DNA from: Prolixibacteraceae bacterium
Lineage (GTDB): Bacteria > Bacteroidota > Bacteroidia > Bacteroidales > Prolixibacteraceae
Direction: 5' to 3'
Length of the DNA stretch: 64,000 bases
NCBI GenBank assembly: GCA_029975525.1
Contig: JARKOX010000037.1
Location: forward strand, 15,909-79,908
How positions within the stretch are numbered: the first letter of the stretch is position 1; each line of letters opens with the position of its first letter. Under the pieces are notes generated by a model. The model was not told the DNA's origin, searched no databases, and saw nothing but the letters and a program-made list of their open reading frames with translations. Shown piece after piece: positions 55,790-64,000 of this stretch. The position numbers and the translations under genes are program-made.

Positions 55790-57019
55790 TTACGCCAGCT
55801 TTTGGATCCGTTCCATTGCGTCGAGCACATTTTCGCGACCGGCAAATGCGGAAAAGCGGAAATAACCTTCGCCCGACGGACCGAAGCCTGATCCGGGCGT
55901 TCCCACCACGTTGGCTTCGCGGAGGAGCTTGTCAAAGAAATCCCACGACTTCATGTTGTTTTTGGTTTTCACCCAGATGTAGGGGGCATTTTCGCCGCCA
56001 AATACCTGGTAGCCGCTCTTTTTCAGGCTCTCTTTCATGATGCGGGCGTTCTCCATGTAGTAGTCGATCACCTCCTGCACCTCGCGCTGTCCCTGTTCGG
56101 TGTAAACGGCAGCGGCAGCTTTCTGAACCGGATAGGAGACTCCGTTGAATTTGGTGGTGTGGCGACGGTTCCACAATTTTTTTACCTGAACGGCATTGCC
56201 TTCACTATCGGTGGCAGTCAGTTCCGAAGGAATAACCGTGTAGGCCAGGCGCACGCCCGTAAATCCGGCTGTTTTCGATAAACTGCGGAATTCGATGGCC
56301 ACTTTTTGAGCCCCTTCAATTTCGTAAATCGAGCGCGGAATTGATTCGTCGCGGATGAACGCTTCGTAGGCGGCGTCGTACAGGATAATGCTGTTGTTGG
56401 CCAAGGCGTAGTCAACCCATTTTTTCAACTCCTCTTTGGAGGCCACTGCACCTGTCGGATTATTGGGATAGCAGAGGAAAATTAACTCGGGAACTTCGGT
56501 CGGAAGTTCGGGGATGAAGCCGTTTTCGGCGGTACAGGGCATGTAGATGATGCCGTCGTAATAGCCATTGGCCTGGATGGCGCCGGTTTTTCCGGCCATT
56601 ACGGTGGTGTCGGCATACACCGGGTAAACCGGGTCGCAGATGGCGATTTTGCTGTCGGAACCGAAAATTTCCTGGATGTTACCGGTGTCACATTTCGACC
56701 CGTCGGAGATAAAAATATCGTCGGGGGAGATGTTGACTCCCCGCTGGTGGTAGGCATTTTCGGCAATGGCTTCGCGCAGGAATGCGTAGCCCTGTTCGGG
56801 GCCGTACCCTTTGAAGGTTTCGGCTTTGCCCATTTCGTCAACCCCTTCGTGAAACGCTTTGATGACGGAAGGTACCAGCGGGCGGGTCACATCGCCAATG
56901 CCCATGCGGATCACCTTTTTTTCGGGATTGGCCTGTACAAACTCGTTGACCCGGCGGCCGATTTCGGGGAAAAGATAGCCCGCGGCCAGCTTCAGATAGT
57001 TGTCGTTAATTCTTGCCAT
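55790..57019 (-). CDS. dapL: LL-diaminopimelate aminotransferase
   Basis: '[27 protein letters not shown]...[12 protein letters not shown]' is the characteristic DapL N-terminus. '[13 protein letters not shown]' is the PLP-Lys motif. Confidence 0.9.
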   Translation of the reverse strand: MARINDNYLKLAAGYLFPEIGRRVNEFVQANPEKKVIRMGIGDVTRPLVPSVIKAFHEGVDEMGKAETFKGYGPEQGYAFLREAIAENAYHQRGVNISPDDIFISDGSKCDTGNIQEIFGSDSKIAICDPVYPVYADTTVMAGKTGAIQANGYYDGIIYMPCTAENGFIPELPTEVPELIFLCYPNNPTGAVASKEELKKWVDYALANNSIILYDAAYEAFIRDESIPRSIYEIEGAQKVAIEFRSLSKTAGFTGVRLAYTVIPSELTATDSEGNAVQVKKLWNRRHTTKFNGVSYPVQKAAAAVYTEQGQREVQEVIDYYMENARIMKESLKKSGYQVFGGENAPYIWVKTKNNMKSWDFFDKLLREANVVGTPGSGFGPSGEGYFRFSAFAGRENVLDAMERIQKLA

Positions 57020-57172
57020 GTTATCTGTCTTTTTAAATATTTTTCAGTTCAGGAAAAGGCAAAGATAAAAATTCATCCCTTAACGCGTGAATGGGTGCAT
57101 GTTGAGCGCAGAGATTTGAAGTAGAAATAAGAGATGGGCCGGAAACGATGGATCATTGTTGGGTGTGCAGCG

Positions 57173-58792
57173 TTATTTCAACCGCATGCCTTTGACGGCT
57201 TCCCGGGCCACGTGATTCTCCGGATCGATGGAGAGGATTTTTTCCCAGAAGATTTGAGAATTCGGAAGGTCATTTTTTATGTAGTAATAATAACCGAGGT
57301 ATTGGTACGATTCGATCAACTCTTTTTTGTTCTTTCCTGAGTTTTCGAGGATGGCAATCACTTTTTCGTAGAATGGTTTTGCCAAACCCAGCTCACTCTC
57401 CGGATCCAGGATTGCATGGATCCGGGCTCGCCAGAAGTAGCCGAGGTAGCTGTCGGGAGAGCGTTTGATCACCTCGGCAAAAAGAGAGTCGGCGGTGTGA
57501 TAAAAAGTTTTGCGTGCCTCCGCTTCTGCCGGATTTTGAGCAATCGCAGCTGAGTCAATTTTTCCGGCGGCAAAATAACAATCCCGTCCCCAAAGAAAAA
57601 GATCGGAAGTGGCAACTCCTTTGGAACCGAAATGTTTTTCGAAGTAAAGGGCAGCGTCTTTATATTTTCCCATTTTTTCATACAGCTGGATGACCTCCCG
57701 GTTAACCTCTTCGGAGGAGTCGCCTAAGTTGGCTGCTTTGAGAAAGTTCGCCACAGCCAGCGAATCCTGACCGTTTTTGGCCAACAGGCGGCCATAATAT
57801 TTATAATCGGAGGGGATGATATTCGCAGGATCTGCTGTGTTCATAAAAGCCTGCATCTGTTCCAGCCCTTTCTGAAATTTTTCGGTTTCGTACAAGTTGT
57901 AAGCTGTCAGTCGTTTCAGGATATGATTGCCGGGGTTTTGCGAGATGATCCGCTCGATCTCTTCCAGCGATTTTTGATAGTTTTTGTTAAAAAAGAGCGC
58001 ATAAGAGTAACGAATCTGGTCATTCAGGGTAGCTTCGGGCGATTGTACATATTCGGCATACAGTCTGACGGCTTCGTTGTATTGTCCCTGGTCATAAAAA
58101 ATATCACCGGCCAGCTTCAGGTAAGGCGGAAAGTGTGCATCAATCGCTTTTAGTTTATCGAGGTATGCTGTGGCCTGTTCGTAATTCTGGGCTTTATAAT
58201 GGATCCACGCTACTTTCAGGTAGGCTGGTTTGCAGGTGGGGTCGAAATAGATGGCAATTTCAAAGCGGGTGGCCGCCTCTCCGGAAATGCCTGACTCTTC
58301 CAGCAGGATGTCTCCTTCGGTTAAATAGAGGTCGGTGTATTTTTCGTCCACATCCTTCCCCTGGTTCAGGTAGTCGAAGGCTTTGGCGATTTGTTTATTG
58401 GCAGCATATGCTTTGGCGATTGCAACATAGAGTGCCGGATTTTTTTTAGCGTTTTTGGCAGTCCGGGCTTTTTTAATCAGCTCTTCGGCCTGATCCGGGG
58501 AGGCAGACAGTAATAATCCGGCTTTTCCGGCCATACACAACGGGTTGGGAACAGCAGCGGTAACACCCTTTTCAAAATAGAAGGCTGCTGAATCAGTTTG
58601 CCCCAGCAGACGACAGGCTTCGCCCAGGTAGTAAAGTGCCTCGCCCTGGGTCTGCACATTAGACAGCTGCTGGCGGAAGTCGGTTTTAGCCGTCAGGTAC
58701 ATTCCCGCATTTAACGCCTCACGCCCGGTGGTTTGTGCCGTCAATGAAGCGTAGAACAAAAAAACAATAAAGAAAGCAGCAGACGTTTTCAT
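57173..58792 (-). CDS. Tetratricopeptide-repeat protein (secreted)
   Basis: Signal peptide. Repeated TPR-like A/Y/L-rich 34-mers throughout. Last gene of the exbB-tonB operon. Confidence 0.75.
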   Translation of the reverse strand: MKTSAAFFIVFLFYASLTAQTTGREALNAGMYLTAKTDFRQQLSNVQTQGEALYYLGEACRLLGQTDSAAFYFEKGVTAAVPNPLCMAGKAGLLLSASPDQAEELIKKARTAKNAKKNPALYVAIAKAYAANKQIAKAFDYLNQGKDVDEKYTDLYLTEGDILLEESGISGEAATRFEIAIYFDPTCKPAYLKVAWIHYKAQNYEQATAYLDKLKAIDAHFPPYLKLAGDIFYDQGQYNEAVRLYAEYVQSPEATLNDQIRYSYALFFNKNYQKSLEEIERIISQNPGNHILKRLTAYNLYETEKFQKGLEQMQAFMNTADPANIIPSDYKYYGRLLAKNGQDSLAVANFLKAANLGDSSEEVNREVIQLYEKMGKYKDAALYFEKHFGSKGVATSDLFLWGRDCYFAAGKIDSAAIAQNPAEAEARKTFYHTADSLFAEVIKRSPDSYLGYFWRARIHAILDPESELGLAKPFYEKVIAILENSGKNKKELIESYQYLGYYYYIKNDLPNSQIFWEKILSIDPENHVAREAVKGMRLK

Positions 58793-58801
58793 CGCTATGT
58801 T

Positions 58802-59746
58802 TTATAAACTGTTGTTTACGTGTATCAACCGCAGAGGTTGTGTCGCCGGTAATATTCCCGATTTGAGGATGATGCGCTGGCCGCGGTCGCTGGTAATGAA
58901 CGAGGTAAAACCCGTGGTGAGCCCCACCCGCGGATCGGCCAGGATGGCGTAAATGTGGCGTGTGTAGGGATACTGCCCGGTTGCCAGATAGGCCTGGTAG
59001 GGCTGGTAGCTGTTGGCTTCAGTGGCAGTTTCTCCCCCGCTGACGGCAACTACCTTGATTTTATTAAGAAAGCCAACGGCGAGCGAGTCTTTGCGGTTGC
59101 TGATCCAGCTGACCCCGATAATGCCAAGCGCATTGGGAGTTTGGGATACATAATCGATTACCGCAGGGTTGTTGTTGACGGCTGCTAAGTCAGGCGACAA
59201 CTGCTTGTTGCCACAAATTACGTTGACGGCATATTGGGCGGTGCTCGATTGCGGATTGTCGAAAATAACCTTGATCGGACCGAGGGGAGACGCAGGGTTC
59301 AGTTCCATCCAGTTTTTTACCTCCCCGGTCAGGATGGCCTGAATCATTTGGGTCGTCATCAGGGTGTCCGGGTTTTGGGGGTTTACAATAAAGGCAATCG
59401 CATCGGTAGCGATCCGCACTTCTTTCGGAAAAATGTTGATGCTTTTAAAGTAGTCGGCCTCCTCTTTTTTGAGGGGGCGTGCCGCAATGATCATCCGGAC
59501 GCTGTCTTTCAGCAACCCGTTAAAGGCGTTTACTTCAGGACAGGGGATGCCGATGATGGTTGCCGCCTGATAAATATTTTCAAAAACATCAATTTCATTT
59601 TGTACAAGTGGGCCGAATGTTTCATCGACTGCAATGGTGATGAGGCCACTGGTGGGAGTGTCCCGGTGTTTTTGGCTTCTGTTCTGGCAGGAGACGGATA
59701 ATAAAATCACGGAAGCCAGAAAAAATGTGTGGAAATTACTCTTCAT
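58802..59746 (-). CDS. PstS-like periplasmic substrate-binding-domain lipoprotein (orphan, no ABC partners nearby)
   Basis: Start set at MKSNFHTFFLASVILLSVSC (ATG at 59746). Type-2 PBP-like alternating beta/alpha pattern. Occupies the position that I recall, from memory only, being held by a PstS-family gene in comparable Bacteroidota exbBD-tonB clusters. Confidence 0.55.
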   Translation of the reverse strand: MKSNFHTFFLASVILLSVSCQNRSQKHRDTPTSGLITIAVDETFGPLVQNEIDVFENIYQAATIIGIPCPEVNAFNGLLKDSVRMIIAARPLKKEEADYFKSINIFPKEVRIATDAIAFIVNPQNPDTLMTTQMIQAILTGEVKNWMELNPASPLGPIKVIFDNPQSSTAQYAVNVICGNKQLSPDLAAVNNNPAVIDYVSQTPNALGIIGVSWISNRKDSLAVGFLNKIKVVAVSGGETATEANSYQPYQAYLATGQYPYTRHIYAILADPRVGLTTGFTSFITSDRGQRIILKSGILPATQPLRLIHVNNSL

Positions 59747-59960
59747 CGCCGGTTTGTTTTTTGGATTTAAGAAGGCGGTAAACCCGGAATCCGGCATAGC
59801 ACAGCAGCAGCATGCCCAAGGCATATCGGGGGTATCCGCTTATGTTTGCAACAAATTCCGGTAATAACAAAAGCGATACTCCCATGCCGACATACAGTAA
59901 AATCATGATGATTCCGAAGATTTTTGTAAACCAGTTTGAATAGGTTGTCAGAGCGTTCAT
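59736..59960 (-). CDS. Small two-TM membrane protein
   Basis: 74 aa with two hydrophobic helices ('IFGIIMILLYVGMGVSLLLL', 'ALGMLLLCYAGFRVY'). Overlaps the PstS-like start by 11 nt, which suggests translational coupling. Confidence 0.5.
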   Translation of the reverse strand: MNALTTYSNWFTKIFGIIMILLYVGMGVSLLLLPEFVANISGYPRYALGMLLLCYAGFRVYRLLKSKKQTGDEE

Positions 59961-60005
59961 GAGTTTAAGTTATTAGGATACGGTTAAAAATTTCCAACGA
60001 TGTAT

Positions 60006-60824
60006 TTACTGAAGTACAAAATTGATCGGTACCGTGTAGGATACTTTTACCGGTTTTCCCCTCTGTTTGCCAGGGTTCCATCTGGGGAGGCTGTTAACCA
60101 CCCGCAATGCCTCCCGGTCGAGTGCGGGATCAACGCCCCGGGTTATCTTGGCCTGGGTGATGCTGCCATCCACGTCGACCACAAAGGAGACGTAAACCCT
60201 TCCCTGAATACCGTTTTCCTGTGCAACAACCGGATATTGGATCTCCTTGGCGATAAATTTGCGCAAAGCTTCTTCACCTCCCGGAAATTCAGGCATTTGT
60301 TCCACGATATAAAATACCTGGTTCTCTTCCGGCTCCTGGGTAATCTCTTTATTGGCATCCAGCTCGGCCACATCGATGCCGTGCGTTTCGTCGGTTCCTT
60401 TTACGTCGGCAATGGAGATGGCCACTTTGGTTTCACTTAAGGTTTCCTGGGTTTTGATTTCTTCCTCCTCTTTAACCTCTTCGTCGGGTTTGATAACCGG
60501 CGGGGTAAATTTGATGGAGCTTTTCAGTGATGGCGGGGGCGGAGCGGTGATGACAGGCTGTTCTTCCTTGGGCCGGTTTTGTTCAACTTTCAGGTCGGCC
60601 AGGCTGGTGACCTCTACCATCCGTTGCTTTTTTTCGGGCAGTACTGTTTTGATCACCCCGGGCAACAGGATGGCGGTAACAAAGAGGATGGAAACAATGA
60701 CCAGGGCTTTGGTATGTCGCCTGTCGGACAGCTTCCGCAGAACGTAGGCGCCGTATTCCTTGTTTTTCCCCTCAAAGACGATTTCGCACCACTCTTTTGA
60801 ATTTATGTCGATATTCTTTTGCAT
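60006..60824 (-). CDS. tonB: TonB-family energy transducer
   Basis: N-terminal TM anchor, Pro/Glu/Lys-rich linker 'PKEEQPVITAPPPPSLK...PPVIKPDEEVKEEEE', and C-terminal TonB_C 'GIQGRVYVSFVVDVDGSI...PRWNPGKQRGKPVKV'. Start moved to the ATG at 60824. Confidence 0.88.
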   Translation of the reverse strand: MQKNIDINSKEWCEIVFEGKNKEYGAYVLRKLSDRRHTKALVIVSILFVTAILLPGVIKTVLPEKKQRMVEVTSLADLKVEQNRPKEEQPVITAPPPPSLKSSIKFTPPVIKPDEEVKEEEEIKTQETLSETKVAISIADVKGTDETHGIDVAELDANKEITQEPEENQVFYIVEQMPEFPGGEEALRKFIAKEIQYPVVAQENGIQGRVYVSFVVDVDGSITQAKITRGVDPALDREALRVVNSLPRWNPGKQRGKPVKVSYTVPINFVLQ

Positions 60825-60852
60825 TTCCTGTTTTTTAAAGGGGGTGTTTTTT

Positions 60853-61488
60853 TTACGGATTCGGGATACCAGGAGTTGACAGTTTTGCAATCAACCCTTT
60901 GTCGTAATCAGTGATGTCAACGATGGCATACCGGGCAATGTTGCAGATCTGCATCTCATCGAGAATATCAACCAGGTTTTCATAGGTTGCTTCATCGGTA
61001 GATTTGATCAGTACAACCGGCGCCGTTTTGTTGCTTTTTATTTCCGAAGCCTTTTTTTTGAACTCCTCTTCTGTTATTATCCGGTTTGTCATTTGTTCCT
61101 TGAGTTGTTTCATCTGAGCAACTACTTCCTGGTTTCGTTGCAACAAAACCCTTCGGATTCCATCGGGCGCAAACGAGGTTTCGATCACCTGGGGTTCCTG
61201 CTCTTCTGTGCCAATTCCAAAGTAGTAAAACACTTTGTTTTCTGCTCCGAGAATGATTGTCACAGCCGTTGAGGCCTTCACCTTGTTCTGCTCTTCTTCG
61301 GCTACCTTGTCTTTTGAAGGCATGCTGAGTTCCATGGTCTGAGGTTTACTCATGGAGGTTGAGAGCATGAAAAAGGTGATCAACAGAAAGCCCAGGTCAC
61401 ACATCGGTGTAAAGTCAATCCGGGTCGACAGCTTTTTGGGCTTTCCTTTTTTACCCGGCTCTTTGCTGCTGGTGCTTATTTCGGCCAT
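60853..61488 (-). CDS. exbD: ExbD/TolR-family biopolymer transport protein (long form)
   Basis: 'IDFTPMCDLGFLLITFFML' TM segment with the conserved Asp, followed by the ExbD periplasmic domain. Confidence 0.85.
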   Translation of the reverse strand: MAEISTSSKEPGKKGKPKKLSTRIDFTPMCDLGFLLITFFMLSTSMSKPQTMELSMPSKDKVAEEEQNKVKASTAVTIILGAENKVFYYFGIGTEEQEPQVIETSFAPDGIRRVLLQRNQEVVAQMKQLKEQMTNRIITEEEFKKKASEIKSNKTAPVVLIKSTDEATYENLVDILDEMQICNIARYAIVDITDYDKGLIAKLSTPGIPNP

Positions 61489-61500
61489 CGTGGTTATTTT

Positions 61501-62109
61501 TTAAAGATCTTTGGGCATTGCCTCCAGGTTGGTGATCAGGTGGTACCTGTTTTCACGCAGCGACTGGAGGGTGTTCATCACATTTTTAATTTTTGGATAC
61601 GGAGTGGACCGGTCGGCTTTTATGGCCAGGGTTATCGAAGGATTGACTTCGCGGACCAGCCGGACCCACTCTTTAAACTGGTTGTTTGTCGAGTCACAGG
61701 GGATTCCCAGTGCATTTTCCGGCATTCCCCTGAGAATGGAAGGCAGGTCTAAAAATGCCTTGAGCTTTTCGGCCGGAACCCCAAACGAATTGGTCAGGCT
61801 GAACTCTTTCGATTCTTTTGCGGTGAAAGAGAGGTGGTACACCTCGCCGAATCTTTTGAGCAGCTCCGCACGTTTTTCCTGGTTGTCAATTCCTATAAAC
61901 ACTCTCCCTTCCGGATCAACGAGGATCTCCAGAATATTGGTTTCCGGAATTTTGATTTCAGAAACCGATGACGGGGCTGCAACGATTACCGCTTCCGGCT
62001 TGATAAAGTTTGCCGTCAGCAAAAGAAAGGTAAGCAGCAGAAAAGCCACGTCGGTCATGGCCGTCATGTCAACGGCCGTGCTTTTTCGTTTTATTTTAAT
62101 TTTAGGCAT
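61501..62109 (-). CDS. exbD: ExbD/TolR-family biopolymer transport protein
   Basis: 'VDMTAMTDVAFLLLTFLLL' TM segment with the conserved Asp, followed by the ExbD domain. Confidence 0.85.
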   Translation of the reverse strand: MPKIKIKRKSTAVDMTAMTDVAFLLLTFLLLTANFIKPEAVIVAAPSSVSEIKIPETNILEILVDPEGRVFIGIDNQEKRAELLKRFGEVYHLSFTAKESKEFSLTNSFGVPAEKLKAFLDLPSILRGMPENALGIPCDSTNNQFKEWVRLVREVNPSITLAIKADRSTPYPKIKNVMNTLQSLRENRYHLITNLEAMPKDL

Positions 62110-62136
62110 TGAATCAATTGTTTACTCGTTGTGAAC

Positions 62137-62943
62137 TTAGTGTGTGGCCGCATAAGTCTGCACAATACTGAAGCCTGCTTCGTCAATGCTGTAGGTCAGT
62201 TTGTCGATCTGGGTGGTAAAATAGTTGTAGGCAATGATGGCAATCGCAGCCGTACTGATACCGAGGGCGGTGTTCACCAGGGCTTCGGAAATTCCGGCTG
62301 CCAGTGCAACCGAGTCGGGTGCTCCGGCATTGGCCAGAGCGGCAAAAGCACGGATCATCCCCAAAACGGTTCCCAATAGTCCCATCAAGGTAGAAATGGA
62401 GGAGATGGTAGCCAGGATTACCAGGTTTTGTTCCAGCCCCGGTAATTCCAGCGAAGTGGCTTCTTCGACCTCTTTTTGGATCGCCAGCAGTTTTTGGTCT
62501 TTGGTCATATCCTGCTCTTTTTCTACCGACTGGTATTTTTCCAACGCCGCGTGGATAACATTCGCTACCGAGCCTTTCTGTTTGTTACATTCCGCAATTG
62601 CCCGGTCAATGTGTCCCTGGGAAATCTGGGTTTTGATTTCCTTTACAACAAAGATGACCGACCCGTTTCCTTTGGCTTTTTTCAGGGCAAAAAAACGTTC
62701 GAATGAAAAGGTGAGCACAACCATCATCAGGCACATCAGTATCGGAACGATGTATCCGCCCTTGTAGATGATTCCAAAATAATTTCCTGGCAATGGCTGG
62801 TTGGCTGGATCATTCCCCTGAAAATGGGACGGATTTCCAAATACAAAATGGTAAGCCAGGATCGCAATCACAAAAGTTGTGAGAATAACGACCACCGGGA
62901 GTCCAATTTTAATTCCTTTTGCCGAGTTTTCCTTGTTTTTCAT
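62137..62943 (-). CDS. exbB: MotA/TolQ/ExbB proton-channel protein
   Basis: Three TM segments. 'ISTLMGLLGTVLGMIRAFAAL' is the signature. Start preferred at the ATG at 62943. Confidence 0.88.
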   Translation of the reverse strand: MKNKENSAKGIKIGLPVVVILTTFVIAILAYHFVFGNPSHFQGNDPANQPLPGNYFGIIYKGGYIVPILMCLMMVVLTFSFERFFALKKAKGNGSVIFVVKEIKTQISQGHIDRAIAECNKQKGSVANVIHAALEKYQSVEKEQDMTKDQKLLAIQKEVEEATSLELPGLEQNLVILATISSISTLMGLLGTVLGMIRAFAALANAGAPDSVALAAGISEALVNTALGISTAAIAIIAYNYFTTQIDKLTYSIDEAGFSIVQTYAATH

Positions 62944-63163
62944 GATGTTGTAATTTTTTATGTGTCTATTTTTTACGTCATTTTTCAATAGCCTGTCGCA
63001 GCTGTTTTCAATACTTTTTAAGTTTACTTCGTAAAACCTTCAAGGTTGTAATCTTTTGATTTTATTGTTTTTCAACTCTTTATACGTTGTTTTAAGCCCT
63101 TCTGTTGTCAGAAAAGATTTTCCTGACAGAAAAAAAGCTGTTGCAGAATAACCGGAGTAAAAG

Positions 63164-63526
63164 TCAGATTTGAAGAACCCGGAGTTTGTTAAATCGCTTT
63201 TTGTAATAGGAGTCGTTATTGGGAGTCAAAATATTCTGGACCAGGTAGGATTCCGTTTTATGGTAGAGGATGTTTTGCAGGATTTGCGCGTGAAGTTGAA
63301 TTTTTAAAATGTGCGAACCGAAAACGACCGGAGTGTCGTTGCCATTGTAGATAGGTTGCTCTTCAACAGGCAGGGAAGTGATTTTTTCTGTCGGGAGTAC
63401 AAAATTTCCATTGACGGCCTCGCATACACAAGTTTTGTTTGAATTTTCTACCGAAGGCAGTCGATGAAAATTTCCGCCAATAAATAGCTGGAGAAATATG
63501 ATTAAAAAAACAAAGTTCGCTTTCAT
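63164..63526 (-). CDS. Hypothetical secreted protein (120 aa)
   Basis: The internal ATG at 63526 gives the signal-like 'MKANFVFLIIFLQLFIGG'. The ORF-track extension to 63793 crosses a compositionally different GC-rich patch. Confidence 0.4.
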   Translation of the reverse strand: MKANFVFLIIFLQLFIGGNFHRLPSVENSNKTCVCEAVNGNFVLPTEKITSLPVEEQPIYNGNDTPVVFGSHILKIQLHAQILQNILYHKTESYLVQNILTPNNDSYYKKRFNKLRVLQI

Positions 63527-63835
63527 TGTTTTGACAATCAGTAGAGTAAAGTTATGGTAAAAACAGATTGAATGGTTACAAGTTGTCTGAAAAAATATGT
63601 TGGCTGAACACCTTTTTTTGAAGTTAAAAATTGTTTGCAGCGTTGAAGAAAACTCAGAAAGTGTGTAAAATCCGGTACCAATAATTTTTACGCCGATCCG
63701 AGGGAAGGCCAGTTGCAAGAGCGTTGAGGATAAGGAAAATCTGGAGTTGAGGTCCCGTGGATGAATATGGCGGGCAGCCGGGCGACCAGCCATTTTTTTA
63801 TCTTTGTTTCTAACTGTAAAATTAAATCAACAGGC

Positions 63836-64000
63836 ATGAAGAAAATAGTTATGTTTTTAGTTGCAGCCGCTATGCTGGCGGCATTTGCGCCTCCCAAAAA
63901 GCAAGGCAACGGCTATGTCAGGATTTTTAACGGAAAAAACCTCGATGGTTGGGTGGTGCACGGTACCGAAAAATGGTATGTTGAAAAGGGGCTGCTGGTT
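63836..64000 (+). CDS. DUF1080 (3-keto-disaccharide hydrolase-like) family protein, 3'-truncated by window edge
   Basis: Hand translation: MKKIVMFLVAAAMLAAFAPPKKQGNGYVRIFNGKNLDGWVVHGTEKWYVEKGLLV... A signal peptide plus the 'FNGKNLDGW' motif typical of DUF1080. Not in the ORF track because no stop codon falls inside the window. Confidence 0.6.
   Translation, partial: MKKIVMFLVAAAMLAAFAPPKKQGNGYVRIFNGKNLDGWVVHGTEKWYVEKGLLV

Noticed and set aside
63095-63145. Hairpin TGTCAG...CTGACA next to an A/T run between exbB and the hypothetical gene.
   Set aside because: The stem is only 6 bp. The T-run lies on the wrong side for the minus-strand gene and there is no plus-strand gene to terminate.
1-64000. 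Search by eye for CRISPR arrays, tRNA/rRNA genes, IS elements, integrases, and toxin-antitoxin or known defence-system genes.
   Set aside because: No spaced direct repeats, no T-loop-like GGTTCGAATCC motifs in intergenic regions, and no transposase, integrase or recombinase-like translations were seen. Absence should be confirmed with tRNAscan-SE, Infernal, ISEScan and DefenseFinder.

Overview
The window reads as a chromosomal segment of a Bacteroidota genome. Support for this: SusC/SusD, ECF sigma/FecR, an ExbB-ExbD-ExbD-TonB cluster, DapL, and TAnnTTTG-type -7 promoter boxes. Nearly all of it is coding. I recognised no rRNA, tRNA, CRISPR array, transposase or integrase.

Gene content, left to right:
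- gltB (5'-truncated by the window edge) and gltD
- an archaeal-looking thymidylate-synthase-family gene and a 4xCxxC zinc-ribbon gene
- a GntP permease
- an AraC regulator divergent from a four-gene corrinoid methyl-transfer operon: corrinoid protein, URO-D/MtaA-type methyltransferase fused to tandem thioredoxin-like domains, MetH-type homocysteine S-methyltransferase domain protein, COG0523 GTPase
- a host-glycan type polysaccharide utilisation locus (PUL): GH20, two uncharacterised GH95-like hydrolases, GH95, SusD, STN-SusC, FecR, ECF sigma, GH33 sialidase. Its GH/SusCD core sits in a roughly 13 kb low-GC island.
- small housekeeping genes, lytic transglycosylase, uvrA, a TGS-uridine-kinase fusion
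- a Fur-family/ZIP operon divergent from tandem Mn-type and Fe-type SOD genes, with duplicated palindromic operator candidates
- an unannotated 57-aa wHTH ORF
- a xylE-xylA-xylB cluster with a GntR/PBP regulator
- beta-lactamase-family hydrolase, nitroreductase, proline dehydrogenase, OmpH, GT2, lipoprotein, dapL
- a TPR / PstS-like / TonB / ExbD / ExbD / ExbB operon
- a 3'-truncated DUF1080 gene

The best candidate for an undescribed system is the AraC-linked corrinoid methyl-transfer operon (about 8.7-14.0 kb). It looks like a split MetH whose folate module is replaced by a URO-D-family methyltransferase. Secondary candidates are the Fur/ZIP/dual-SOD metal-redox module with its novel palindromes, and the two unassigned glycoside hydrolases in the low-GC PUL core.

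All family assignments come from reading motifs in the supplied translations. No database search was run.
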